Positions 24,331 through 36,560 of a stretch of 64,000 nt of DNA are shown here, one piece after another; the first letter of the stretch is position 1; each line of letters starts with the position of its first letter. A program made the translations under genes and the position numbers. Below the pieces are notes generated by a model. The model was not told the origin of the DNA. It did not search any database and saw nothing but the letters and a program-made list of their open reading frames with translations. Where the stretch lies: NCBI RefSeq assembly GCF_009834535.1, contig NC_045696.1, positions 117,740,001 through 117,804,000 on the forward strand. Reading direction: 5' to 3'. The stretch is from Camelus ferus. Its lineage: Eukaryota.

Positions 24331-26246
24331 TACAGCAAATATTGTTTCCAAATTTATACTATAATATTTAAAATATATATATATATATTCTCTATAGCAA
24401 GTGAAAACAGCCAAGGAAAAAAGAAAAGAGAGCCCAATGAGTCAGCAAAACTGTTATGGACATGGGGTAAAATTTCTTTCTTGAAATAGTTGATGTGAAA
24501 ATAATGTGCCAGAGCTTGTACGAAATTGCAAGAAAGAAGAGACAAAGACAAACAAAACCGAAACCAAAAAATCTTGATGAAATAAACTAAAAGAAAAACC
24601 CCCAAACAAAAAGCAAAACAACAACAATTAAAAAACAACCAAACAGAACCAAAAAACAGAAAAGGATGAGATGATCACTGGAGAAATTATTACTCTTGGG
24701 GAAAAATGTTTCCTTATAATTCTGTGCAAAATAGAAAGGTGGTCTCATTACATATGACAATAGTAGAAACCTTCAATACAGGGGGCAAGACTAGCCACAC
24801 ATTCTGCTGTAATAAAGCATTTCCTAAACCGTCACAAAGAAACTCTCGTGTCTCAAGTAAACTCTTGGATTCATCGTTGGGGAAATGACCAGCAGCCCAC
24901 TTAGTAGAATGAGCAACTCCTCTATCATTTAATTCTAGAAGCAGAAGGTTTATACCCTGACAATCTCAGCCCTTACTAAGAAAGAGACAGACTAGTGGGG
25001 TTTAAAAGGCTCCCAAGACCGGTTGGAAGCCTCATCCTGTCACATCCTAGCTGTGTGACCTCTACCAGTAACTTAAATGTTTACAGCCTCAATTTCCACT
25101 TCAGTGAAACAGGGATGATACTGTTACCCCGCTTACTTCACGGAGTTGTCATAAGGCCCACGTGGGATAATAAACCTGAAAAGGGCCTTTAGGACTGAAG
25201 ATTATACAGTTAAATATGGTGGGAAATTGAAGTCCATCAATCGCTCATGTCTAACTTAAAGATATCTATAAGATTTCCCAAGTCCAGAATAATAGTCATA
25301 ACCTTAAATCCTAACATCTGGAAGGGCTAGGGGGTCCATTTTTGCAAAATATTTCAGTAGCTACCAAGATCAAAAAAGTGTAAGTCTTTCTGTCTGGGAA
25401 GCCTGAATTTCTTAATCTTGCCTTAGCAAACCCACATTACAATTTGAAAAATGTGTTTCTCAAAACCACCTGACTCATCCCCAGAGCATACTATGCCCTA
25501 CTTTCTGCCAGGTGCTTGATCTGAGTCCCTTGATGTTTGTCACTTCCATCTCCTCCCACTCTATTAAATTAACTAAGGAAAAAAAACCTTTCATGGAGAT
25601 AGATATGAAGTTCTTAAACTGTTTAATCAAAACTATAAACTTAGCCCTATGATCCCCCAAAACTCAAAGTCGAAATAAAGGTAAAACTTAAGCAGTTGAG
25701 TAGGTTTCTTGCTGTGCTATATTTTTATGCCAGATGATAATTTGCTATAGGATTTGTTTACTATTTTGGAAAACATGAAATTAACATCCAATATGAGTTT
25801 TCTACCATCACATTCGAATTACATCCTTGACGTAGGAAATACACGTTGGTTGATTGACATGGGCTAGCTCATTCTCATCAATTGTCAGCTTTTCCTGTCA
25901 GTTAGCAGGTCTCCTGCTCACATTGAGAACTTGAACAAATACCCAGCAGCACACCAGAAAGGCTATTTTCTATAATTTCTCAGTAGTTGGTACCTCTTTG
26001 TTGAATGGATACAGCATCAAAATGCTGTCTGTGACTCTTTAGTGAAAGGAGGTTTCATGAAAGACACGAAGGAAAATCAATGTATTCTGTTACCCAGCAT
26101 TCTTCACACTCCTGGTATTATTGTAGGTGCTGAAATATGGTGTTGATCCAAACAGACAGTTCTCGCTCTCACTCCCATGGCTCTTTGCAAGATTTATTAT
26201 ACACAAGTAAATCAATGCCTGTATAATGTCACAAAGTGATGGGTGC

Positions 26247-27243
26247 TGTGATGGTTTTAAATGTTATGTGTCAACCTGGCTATGTAATAAATGCCTAGTC
26301 ATTTGGTCAAACACTAGCCTAGAAGTTGATATGAAGGTATTTTGCAGAGATGATTTTAAGTAAAAATGATTAACTTTTAGAGCTGGGCCTCCTTCCATCA
26401 ACTGAAGGCCTTAAAAGCAAAAACTGAGGTTACCCTGGAGAAAAAGGAATTCTGCCTCAAGACTGTGACCAAAATCCTGCCTGAATTTCCAGCCAGCCCA
26501 CGTGCCATACTGATTTCAACCTTGCCAACTCCCACAATTGCATAAACCAATTCCTTCAAACAAATGTATGTATTTATATATAGCTGAATCATATTTGGTT
26601 CTTAGTTTTTTTGTTTGTTTTACTTGTTCTTTTTTTTATTAACATTTACAACATAGAAATTGTGTTTGTTTTTTCCTCCCCCACCTAAATCTGTACCCGA
26701 TAAAAAATGTTTCCAAATTGAGATGCCAAGTCTCCATTCAAATCCCTTTTTATTTTATATCCCTGGGTGAACCTTCTTTAAAACAAAGATTTACACTGAT
26801 GCTTGGATAAACTTACAGTTGAAACAGTGAGATAAACCATCTTACAGCCATCTGAGCCCTCCAAGCCTTGACGGTATTGGGAGATACATGCACCCCAACG
26901 TTCATAGCAGAACTATATACAATTGCCAAGACATGGAAGCAACCTAAATGTCCATCGGCAGATGACTGGATAAAGAAGTTACATAATGGAATACTACTTG
27001 GCCATAAACAAGAATAAAATAATGGATTTGCAGCAACATGGACCTAAATATCATCACTCTAAGTGAAGTAGGCCAGAAAGAGAAAGAAAAATACCATATG
27101 ATATCACTCATATGTGGAATATAAAAAAAGGAAAAAAGGAAAAAAGAAGACACTAATGAACTCATCTATAAAACAGGAGCAGACTTGCAGACATAGTAAA
27201 CAAACTTATAGTTCTGGTTTTCTGGAGAACCCTTACTGATGCA
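26247..27243 (+). mobile_element. MLT2-like ERVL solo LTR, split by a ~610-bp insertion
   Basis: Starts tgtgatggtt...tatgtgtcaac; ends 'ttctggagaacccttactgatgca'; the terminal motif 'ttggttct|g..ttctggagaaccc' is split between 26602 and 27216. Confidence 0.85.
26603..27213 (-). mobile_element. Composite insertion: A-rich tail, non-L1 segment and inverted L1 fragment
   Basis: T-rich tract 26606-26637 with TTTATT at 26635-26640; unique segment to ~26881; plus-strand L1 at 26882-27213 lacking both ends. Confidence 0.7.
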
Positions 27244-30200
27244 AATGCACTGGACATAAAGCAGGTGAGAAGAAAAAAGATGTGGGGATGGGAAGAGGGG
27301 TACAGTTGGGAGAGGGTGTCAAGGAAGGGCTCCCTGGGGAAAAGGCATTTCAACAGAAACCTGAGTCAAATGAGGGAGTGAGCCAGCAAAGATACAGAGA
27401 TAGGACCTTCCAGGCTGACTAAACATCAAGTGTGATGGTGCTAACATGGGGCTAATCACAGCATGTTTGAAAAAGGACTGGTCAGAGGCAGTGAGACTGG
27501 TGAGTAAATGGGAGAAGAGTGTCAGGCAGTGAGTTTAGGGAAATGGGTAGAAGAAAATCATGTAGGAGCCTGCAGGTCAGAAGTGTGATAAGAAACCACT
27601 GGAGAGTTTTGAGCAGGGAAGCCATGTAACCTGACATGCATAATGAAACAATTCTCACTCCAGCTGCTGTGTGGAGAGCTAATGTGAGCGATGGCAGAGC
27701 AGGGAGACCAGGCGGAAGACCTTCCCGGCCAGCTGTGATGGCGGCTTGGAGGAGGGTGAAAGGAACGGAGGTGTTGAGAAGTGTTCAGATTTGAGATATA
27801 TTTTGAAGGCGGAGCTGATACCACCATATGCTTTCATCTCTGATAGGATATATGGTAAAAACAGAATGAACGAGGATAACCAAATTTTCAGCCTAAGCAT
27901 CTTATCAAATATAGTACTCTTAAAGAGATGGGGAAGCCTGAGATTGAGTGAGCATTAGAGTGCTAGGAAAATCAAGAATTCTGCTTTGGACGTGACCTGT
28001 TTGATGAGAGACATCTTAGACGTCCAAGTGGAGATGGCATATAGGCGAACTGGTTAACCTGGAGAATTCCCCAACTCAAAATATTTGTTATCAGGTTAAA
28101 GCATGCAACTCACTTTATTTTCTGGACATCAGTTATCTCTCAGTGATCAGCAAGTTGGTATATCGTCTGGCAATTTTTCTAATAGTCTCAATCTAATAGC
28201 ATGTATATTTCAAGATGGCTGCTCTCCTTGTTGGCTATTCAAATATTGAAACAGTCATTCAGAAACAGTGATAAATTATAATTGTAATTACTTTTTCCCA
28301 AGGCCAACATTTTGAGAGTTTTCACATGTCCTTTCAATATGATAAAAGCTCTTCATTAGTGCAGTGATTAAACAAATAGTTATTAGATCAAGAGAGAAGA
28401 GACGATATCTATTAATTTTTAAATCACAGACAGATAGAGGTAACATATATACCTACTTGTAAGCAGGTGGTTCTGAAATCTCCATGAAGAGATACTGGAC
28501 CTGGATTCTAGAGGAATGTGATCATAATTAATCCAAAAGGAGATTGTACTGCTAAGGTGCCATCTACATGTTACTTTCAGCCGTAAGCCGGAAACAGCTT
28601 CACTTGAGCAGTAACTTCCTTTATGAATAGAGACCCCAAGAAAATCCCCCGTAAAGCAAACTGCCGTCCTGACTGAAAGATCTTGGGATGGAAAAAGGGT
28701 TGAGCTTTAATCTGAACAATCACCATAAGTGGTCCTTTGCGTTCCTAGGAAGCAGGCCCTATGTCAAGCCTTTCTGTTTCTATCTCAAGCCTGCTCTGGA
28801 CAAAGGACCATAATCTGAGCTTGTCACATGAAATCCAGCCAATTCCATCCCACTTTGCAGGAGTCCAGATCCACTCTCACTGCCGACGCCTTTGGATTCA
28901 CAGAGTGACAGTCAGCCCGGCTGTTACCGACGCCCAACACATGGCAGACCTGAAAATAAATGTTGTGAAAAAGGCCACAGGGCCATAATAGAGTTGTTAT
29001 TAGAGCTGAGCTGAGTGCTGCGAAATGACTGAACATCCACTATCCAGAGAGGAACAGAAATTTCAGAGACTGTTTGGGGGTAGACAGCTCATGGAGCTGG
29101 CTGGCTCCAACTTGCATTTTTTCGGCAACAGACACACAGAAGCGGAAAAAGCAGAATGTGTGTTCAAATGCCTTTTTAAAAAATAATAAATCCAAACTCT
29201 GGTTTCCCATCAGCAAAGGGTGCAGAAGAAATGATGTGAAATGCTTTTCTGTTGCACCCTGCCTTTCTGATAAAGAACGGAGAGTTTATACTCCGAAATT
29301 GGAGTTCCTGGTGAGGGATGGATGTTGCCTCGGACGCTCTGGCAAAGGGAGAGGGAGAAATAGTGTGTGTCCAAAACTTTAGGACTCGGATTCTGCTAAA
29401 AAAAAAAAAAAAAATCACTATATCTCTATTCTATTCTTTCTTTTTAAGTGTTAATTTTGAAAGGAAGGTGTGGGTTGAAGTTTTTCTTGAAGATTGACTA
29501 TGCTTTATCAAATGATGCAAAACGTTTTTAGCCAAAGCTTCCAGAGGCCTCTTCATAATAGCTTTTTGAATTCAGCATAATTTGCCCATGGAATGTAGAT
29601 GGGTTCTGCTGCTACTCCTATTTGTAATTCAGGATCCAGGTTTCAAAATAAACTAAAGCTATATTCGTCACAAGCACACATTTTACTGGACTTCTACCCG
29701 AGTGTCTGATTGACCCACAAGTTTTGAAAAGTTAATTTTCTGACCATTCCTCCGGTGTCATTCTTAATTCTGCCACCTTGACATTGTATTGACTCCTTCA
29801 GGAAGCAGTGTTCAGAAGAGGGAAGATGTGTCAACAGGCAGTGTTGTGGGTGAACGCACTACTCTGAAGGCATTAAACTTTTATGGATGGGTTTATGTAT
29901 TATACATGTACAAGTCAGCAAGGCGGTATTAGAAATAATTCGCAGCAGCAATAAATTAATGCTGTGTTATTAACACTTATTTACATGTTCAACAAATGGC
30001 TCCAATTTGGTGGCCAAAATCTCCCTCATTACCAGCTACCAGACACCACCCTGACCTGGTGTCCAAGCCTCACCCAGCTGAAGCTGTGATCTGCCCTTTT
30101 CGGCTAGGAAAAGAATCTCAATTTGCATAAAGATTCTCAGCCTTCTAAATTTTCTTTGTTTCTGTGTGGAATTGTAAAGGTTGAGTGGTGAGGGCTTAAA

Positions 30201-30354
30201 GAATCCTCTTAAATAATTAACTGGAGTAAACAAAGTAACATCTTGAAGAGTGAGTTTTTTTCCCTCCCTTTGGAGGAAAAATCACAAATTCCTTAAGATA
30301 ATAAATTAGATAGAAAGGGGCAGGCATTTTCTCTTTCTCTCTCTTTTTTTTTTT

Positions 30355-30652
30355 TTTAAACAACAGAAATTTATATTCTCACAGTTCTAGAGGCTAAGAG
30401 TCCAAGATCAAGGTGTCGGGAAGGTTGCTTCCTTCTGAGGCCCCGCTCCTTGGCTGGTAGATGTCTCCTCTCTGTTTTCATATGGTCTTTTCTCTGTACA
30501 CGTCTATGCCCTAATCTCTTCTACTAAGGGCACCCCATTTTAGCTTGATGACTTCCTCGGAGACACTTTCGCCAAATACAGTCACATTCTGATGTGCTGG
30601 GGGTTAGGACTTCAGCATATGAATTGGGGGGGCACACAATCCAGCGCTTAAC
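30355..30652 (-). mobile_element. MaLR LTR (MLT1A/B-like)
   Basis: 'aaacaacagaaatttat..tctcacagttctagaggct...tccaagatcaaggtgtcgg...gggttaggacttcagcatatgaattgggg'. Confidence 0.85.
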
Positions 30653-30974
30653 ATGATGCTGTAACACACTGTAGAATTCGTTCACATCTTGGCTCCCTCA
30701 CTAGGTGAGGGTGTGAAGTCCCCGAGGGCAGAAACTCTAGGTCTTTCTCCTGTGTCCATCAAAGAGTGGAGCAGGACAGCGTGGCTGAGTGAATGAAGGA
30801 GAAGCACAGAGGAGGTGCTGCCCACGCTCAGGAAGGAGGTGTGGTTGCTGCACCAAGCCCCTCGGTCTCCAGAGACTCTAGAAGGTTCTCAGAGTCAACA
30901 GTGCTGGGGAGCACGGTGGGAGGGCAAGCTTCACAGTTAGACCTATAGCTTGAGTAGCTTGTGTTGGACTGCTT

Positions 30975-32525
30975 TATTCTTTAATCTTAAATTGAGGTAG
31001 AATTGGTATATGACATTCTATCAGTTTCAGGTGTACAACATAATAATTCAATATTTGTATGCACTACGAAGAGATCACCACACTAAGTCTCGTCCACATC
31101 CGTCACCACATAATTGACCCCCTTCACATATTTTGCCCATGCCTGCACCTCCCTTCTCCTCTGATCACCACCAGTCTAGTCTCCGTATCTGTGAGTTTTG
31201 TTTTGTTTTGTTTCATTTGTTTGTTTGTTCCCCATGTAAGTGAAATCATACAGAATTTGTCTTTCTCTGATTTATTTCTCTAAGGGTAATACCTTCAAGG
31301 TCCATCCTTGTTGTAAATGGCAAGGTTTCCTTCTTTTATATGGTTGACTAGTACTATACCAAAATATACCACATCTTTATCCACTCATCCATTGATGCAC
31401 ACTTAGGTTGTTTCTAAATCTTGGTTACTGTAAATAATGCTGCAATTAATATAAGGGTGCTTTTATGTTTTGGAGTTAGTGTTTTCATTTTCTTCAGATA
31501 AATTCACAGAAGTAGAATAGTAGAATCATATGGTAGTTCTACTTTTAGCTTTTTGAGGAGCCTCCCCATACTGTTTTCCATAGTGGCTTCACCCATTCAC
31601 ACTCCCACCAACAATATATGAAGATTCTCTTTTATTCACATCTTCTCCATCACTTGTCTTTTTGATAGTATCAATTCTGACAGGTGTGAGGTGATACAGG
31701 GATTTGAATTTGCATTTTCCTGATAATTAATGATGTTGAACATCTTTTCATGTGCCTGTTGACCATCTATATGACTTCTTTGGAAATGTATCTATCTAGA
31801 TCCTCTGCCCATTTTTTAGATCTGGTTGTTTGATTTTATTTATTTATTTTGCTTTCAAGTTGTTTGAATTCTGTAAATATTTTGGATATTAACCACTTGT
31901 CAGATACATGACTCACAAATATTTTCTCCCATCCAGTAGGTTGCCTTTTCAGTTTGTTGATGGTTTCCCTTGCTGTGCAGAAGCTTTTTAATTTGATGCA
32001 GTCTTACTTACTTATTTTTGCTTTTGTTGTCTTTGTTTTTGGACCCCTGTCCAAAAATTCAAAGTCAAGACCAGCATCAAGGAACTTACCCCCTGTGTTT
32101 CTTCCTAGGAGTTTTATGGCTTCAGGTCTTACATTCAAGTCTTTGATCCACTTAGAGTTAACTTTTGTGCATCATGTAAGATAGCCGTCTCGTTTCATTC
32201 TTTTACATGTGACTGTCCAGTCTTCCCAACACTATAAATACATTGATAAGACTGTCCTTTTCCCACTTGCATATTCTCGGGTCCTTTGTGGTAAATCAAT
32301 TGACCATATATGTATGGTTTTATTTCTAAGCTCTCTTTCTGTTCCATTAATCTATGTGTCTGTTTTTATGCTCATACCATACTGTTTTGATTACTGTAGA
32401 TTTGTAGTATAGTTTGAAATCAGGGAGCAGTGACCCCTCCAGCTTTGTTCTTCTTTCTCAAGGTTGTTTTGGCTATTTGCGGTCTTTTGTGGTTCTATTC
32501 AAAGTTTAGAATTATTTTTCTAGCC
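30975..32525 (-). mobile_element. L1 (L1MA9-like) 3' 1.5 kb, antisense
   Basis: Continuous antisense ORF2/3' UTR text, e.g. 'tttcccttgctgtgcagaagctttttaatttgatgcagtc' and 'ccatactgttttgattactgtag'. Confidence 0.92.
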
Positions 32526-33835
32526 AAATTTTAGAATTATTTTTTCTGGCCAGTTCAGTGAGATAATGGACTTACCACAAAGTGGTGGGAGATGGCTTTG
32601 AGAATTCTTATTATCACAATGTAAACCTGGTTTACTATTTATTTTTCCCAAGTATCAGTAAAGTGCTCTTTAAATGAATATTTGAATCTTGCTACTTAAC
32701 TCCTCCTGTCCCTCTGATAGCAGAGGCCACAGGAGTGAGAATGAGGACTCTATAAAGAAGTGAGAGAGGCTCATCGAGTTAAGCCAGGGTCCCCAAACTT
32801 CCTTAACAGAGAACTCTGTTAATGTCACAAAGGTGTTGACAGGAGCTTCCGGTGGGAAGGAGGCAGGGGAGGGGGAACAGTGTAGAAAGGCAGCTGCTCC
32901 ATTCCTCCCTCCCTAACACAGTCTCTGTAATCAGCTGGGAGGGAAGGCCACGTCAGGGGGGAACAGGACCTTGGGGGTGTGCTTTGGTAAGTGGCTTAGA
33001 ACTCAGTAGGGTTTTCATGACCCGCTGGTTTAAGAACTCTGAACAAAGCCCTTTAACTTCTTTTCTATGCATCACCACACAAAAATATAGGTTTTGTTTT
33101 CTGGCTAAAATGTGATTCAAGGGACACATGATATGATTTTTTTTTAAAGTAATATGTTCTGGAAGTCTTTATTTCCTTTTAAGCAACTGGATCGTCCCCA
33201 AAGTTGCAACATTAACATGGGTGGGAAAATGTATGTATGTAATTTTTTGTATAAAATCTCTGCCTCCCGATCAGTTTCCACATCGCCTGCACATTTATAT
33301 CGGATCTCAGAAGCCCACTGAAAATTAGCAAGAGAAGAAGTGTGAAAGACAGAAATAGTACCCAATCCTTGCAGAATGTCTCATTTAGTAGAGTGGGGAA
33401 CCGGAGAAGAAATCATAGTACTACTTTTTTTTTTTCAGTGTAGCCCATTACTTTTTCAAATTATTTTCCACCTTTCATTTAGTTGTGACCTCGCAGCTGT
33501 TTTTGACAGATGGACAAAGAGACAGGGAGTGGCCAGTCAAGTGACACCCAAGCCAGGCTTCCTAGAGTGACCGCAGCCCAGGTGCAGTCCTTGCTGTTTG
33601 CTGCCAAATCCCCCTGCTTTCCTCACAATGAATGCAAGTAACCGTTGGCATCTCTGAATAGCCAGCACATTCCTCACTCTGGCTTTGGGACCGACTTCAG
33701 GAGCCCGGAAAAGCTGCAGGCAGAAGTCCTGAATTCCAGGTCCCATTGGCACCGCAGCAGTGAGAAAGGGGACCGTGAGCAGGGTGAGGACCATGTGCAG
33801 AGGTGGGACCCCAAGAGGGTGCACCTGCTAAAGGG

Positions 33836-34036
33836 CAGTGCTGTGCTGAAGCCAGCTCGTGGGCCCCCAGGGCTGATAGCACACATCTCTCCCCAATCCC
33901 CCATCAGTGTCCTCACCCTGGGTAGGTTGAAATCAACCATTTATACACTGAAAAGTGGCAAACACTACACAGTTGGGCTTCCACCCCTCCCCAAGCCCAG
34001 AGAGTTTGTTATTAAATATTGACCTGCGCACTCCTG
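33836..34036. mobile_element. hAT MITE relic (MER63-like)
   Basis: Degenerate terminal inverted repeats 'cagtgctgtgctg' ... 'ctgcgcactcctg'; internal 'tggcaaacactaca'. Confidence 0.55.
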
Positions 34037-34057
34037 CCCTAGAGCATTCAAATTTGA

Positions 34058-34800
34058 TGTTAAAAAATTGAAGTGTAGTTGACCCACCATGTTGTAACAG
34101 TTTCAGGTGTACAGCAAAGTGATTCAGTCATACATACATACATATATTCTTTTTCAGATTCTTTTCCATTATAGGTTATTACAAGATACTGAATATAGGT
34201 CCCTGTGCTCTACAGTAGGTCCCTGTTGTTTATCTATTTTATATATAGTAGTTAGTATCTGCTAATCCCAAGCTCCTAGTTTATCCCTCCCACCCCTCTT
34301 TCCCCTTTGGTAACCATGAAGTTTGTTTTCTATGTCTGTGAGCCTGCTTCTGTTTTGTAAATAAGTTCATTTGTATCTTTATTTTCAATTCCACGTATAA
34401 GTGATATCACGTGATATTTGTCTTTGTCTGACTTACTTCACTTAGTATAATAATCTCTAGGTCCATCCATGTTGCTGCAAATGGCATTATTTCATTCTGT
34501 TTTATGGCTGAGTCGTATTCCATTGTATAAATATACCACAACTTCTTTATCCAATCATCTGTCCATGGACATTTAGGTTGCTTCCATGTCTTGGCTATTG
34601 TAAATAGTGCTGCTATGAACATTGGGGTGCAGGTGTCTTTTTTAATCAAGAGTTTTTTTCTCTGGATATACGCCCAGGAGTGGGATTGCTAGATCATATG
34701 GTAACTCTGTTTTTAGTTTTTAAAGGAAATCTCCATACTGTTTTATGTAGTGACTGCACCAAATTACATCCCCACCAGCAATATAGGAGGATTCCCTTTT
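34058..34800 (-). mobile_element. 5'-truncated young L1, antisense
   Basis: Minus ORF 34407-34649 '[25 protein letters not shown]...EIIILSEVSQ' is the L1 ORF2 C-terminus; imperfect TSD beginning ttcaaatt on both sides. Confidence 0.95.
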
Positions 34801-35648
34801 TTCAAATTCAATTTTTATTAATGGTGGATGAGCCAAATAAAACCTATTTGCTCCCAAATCCAGCCCCGAGTTTGAGACCCCTGTTCTAGGGGTTAGGCTG
34901 CCTTTGGCTTGGTGCTGGATTTGAATCCTAGCCAGTCTCCATCTTTCTTTTTCTCTCTTCTTTCTCTCCCCTCCCCTCCCTCTCTGACTTCTGAAGGAGA
35001 AGAGCAAAGAGGTGGACCTACAAAATTATTACAGAGGAAACAAGATGGAGGAAAAACCACAACTTGCCAACAGGTGTCTGAATAACACCAGGCTCAGAGT
35101 TCCCTTTGCTGCATTGAAACCCCTCAGCCCACCTCTATTGGTAACACCTGCAAAATTGTTCAATAAAACAATCCCGCAAGCCCTGTTCCGCCTCTCAAAT
35201 GTGTAGTCTGTTACATGCCTTGTCAACGAGGCAGCAGATAATTCATTTCAAAGGCCATGTGAAGTGCTCATGAGTAACAAATTAAGATTTAGTTCAAACA
35301 TTCTTGATGGGGTCTTGGTGCGCTCACCAGCTTTATGGATCTGTTTCATGGGAATGCACTTTGCAAAGTTGCATTTGTGAGTTGTTTATTCAGTGAATAT
35401 AGGTATCCATTATATTTTTGTCATTGTTGCAGACATGAATGGAAGGAAAGAAAATAATCACTGAGAAGAGCTATTTCAGATTTCTGCAAGTTGAAGTATT
35501 CTGTTAAAAAAATTTGTAATAATGTGTTCAGCATGAGACACTTTGTCTATAAAATAATCGTAAGTAGCACTATTTTTTTTCCTTCTCATGAAAGGATTTT
35601 CAGCCAACAATTGGGAAAGCGTGATAAATAAAACCCATGCACTGTCCA

Positions 35649-36180
35649 CAAGCAGGTTCTTAAACTGTGGGTTCTTACACTTGGGGTCCACGGATCCCAA
35701 GAGGGTCATGGATAGAATGTAGGATGTCTGTGAATTTGAATGTGAAAACAACTGCAACATTACCTTCACTCACCTCCAACTGAAATTGAGCAAATCCTTC
35801 AATTACAAATATAGGTGACAACCTATACTACTATTAGCAGTACCTGTCTCTTTATCACCAAAAGAAATCACACACATTTTCCTATCGAATTACAATTGTT
35901 GCAGATATCTGAAAACATTGTTTATACTCATCACTTCTTCAAAATTATAGTAATAATTAGATCTGCTAGATTTTGTTTTATAAAAGCACATATATTATTA
36001 CACTACACATTTGACTTTACATATTTTGATAACTATAACTTCATATAACTGGTTTCCTTTGTAATCTCTAAGGATCTTGTTTTATGCCTTTAAAAATATT
36101 AACCTGAGAAAGGGTTCACAGTCTTTACCAGATTGCCAAAGGGATAGGAAACATGGCATCAAAAAACTCAAGAACCTCTG
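35649..36180. mobile_element. hAT-Charlie non-autonomous element (MER113-like)
   Basis: Termini 'caagcaggttcttaa' and 'tcaagaacctctg'; internal 'ttagcagtacctgt...gttgcagatatct...tattttgataact' match the recalled consensus. Confidence 0.7.
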
Positions 36181-36414
36181 TTCTAAAATTGGTCCCACAT
36201 TTCATTTTTAATTCATTCGACAACCAACAACATTAAAGCACCTTTAATAGGCCCTGCAATGTTCTAAGCACTAGGGCTCTAAGAGCAAACAAGACAAAAT
36301 TCCTACTCTCAAGAACCTTAAATTCTAGACAGGCAACCTAAGTTATTTTTCCAAGTAGAGTAATTCCTTAAACACTCAGTCTCAAAGCAACAATAGAAAT
36401 TCACAAATCACATA

Positions 36415-36560
36415 GAGCCTTGCTACTCCAAGTTTGGTGCATGAGGCAGCAACCTTGGCGTTACCTGGGAATTTGTTAGAAATGCGGAATTTCAGGCCCC
36501 ATCTCAGAATATGCATTGTAATAATATCCCAGGGAATTACAACTTTTGAGAAGTGCTGGC
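36415..36560. mobile_element. MER5A-like fragment
   Basis: 'ttgctactccaag...ttacctgggaatttgttagaaatgcggaatttcaggcccca'. Confidence 0.7.

Larger units (their letters stand above)
26090..28050 (-). mobile_element. L2 element, interrupted by an MLT2 LTR
   Basis: Antisense L2 text at 26090-26246 and 27250-28050 ('tcaaggaagggctccctgggg...gagttttgagcagggaa...ttcagatttgagatatattttgaagg...tccaagtggagatg'). Confidence 0.8.

Noticed and set aside
24520..24665. A-rich tract and associated Phe-rich minus-strand ORF
   Set aside because: Low-complexity sequence that yields hydrophobic ORFs by composition
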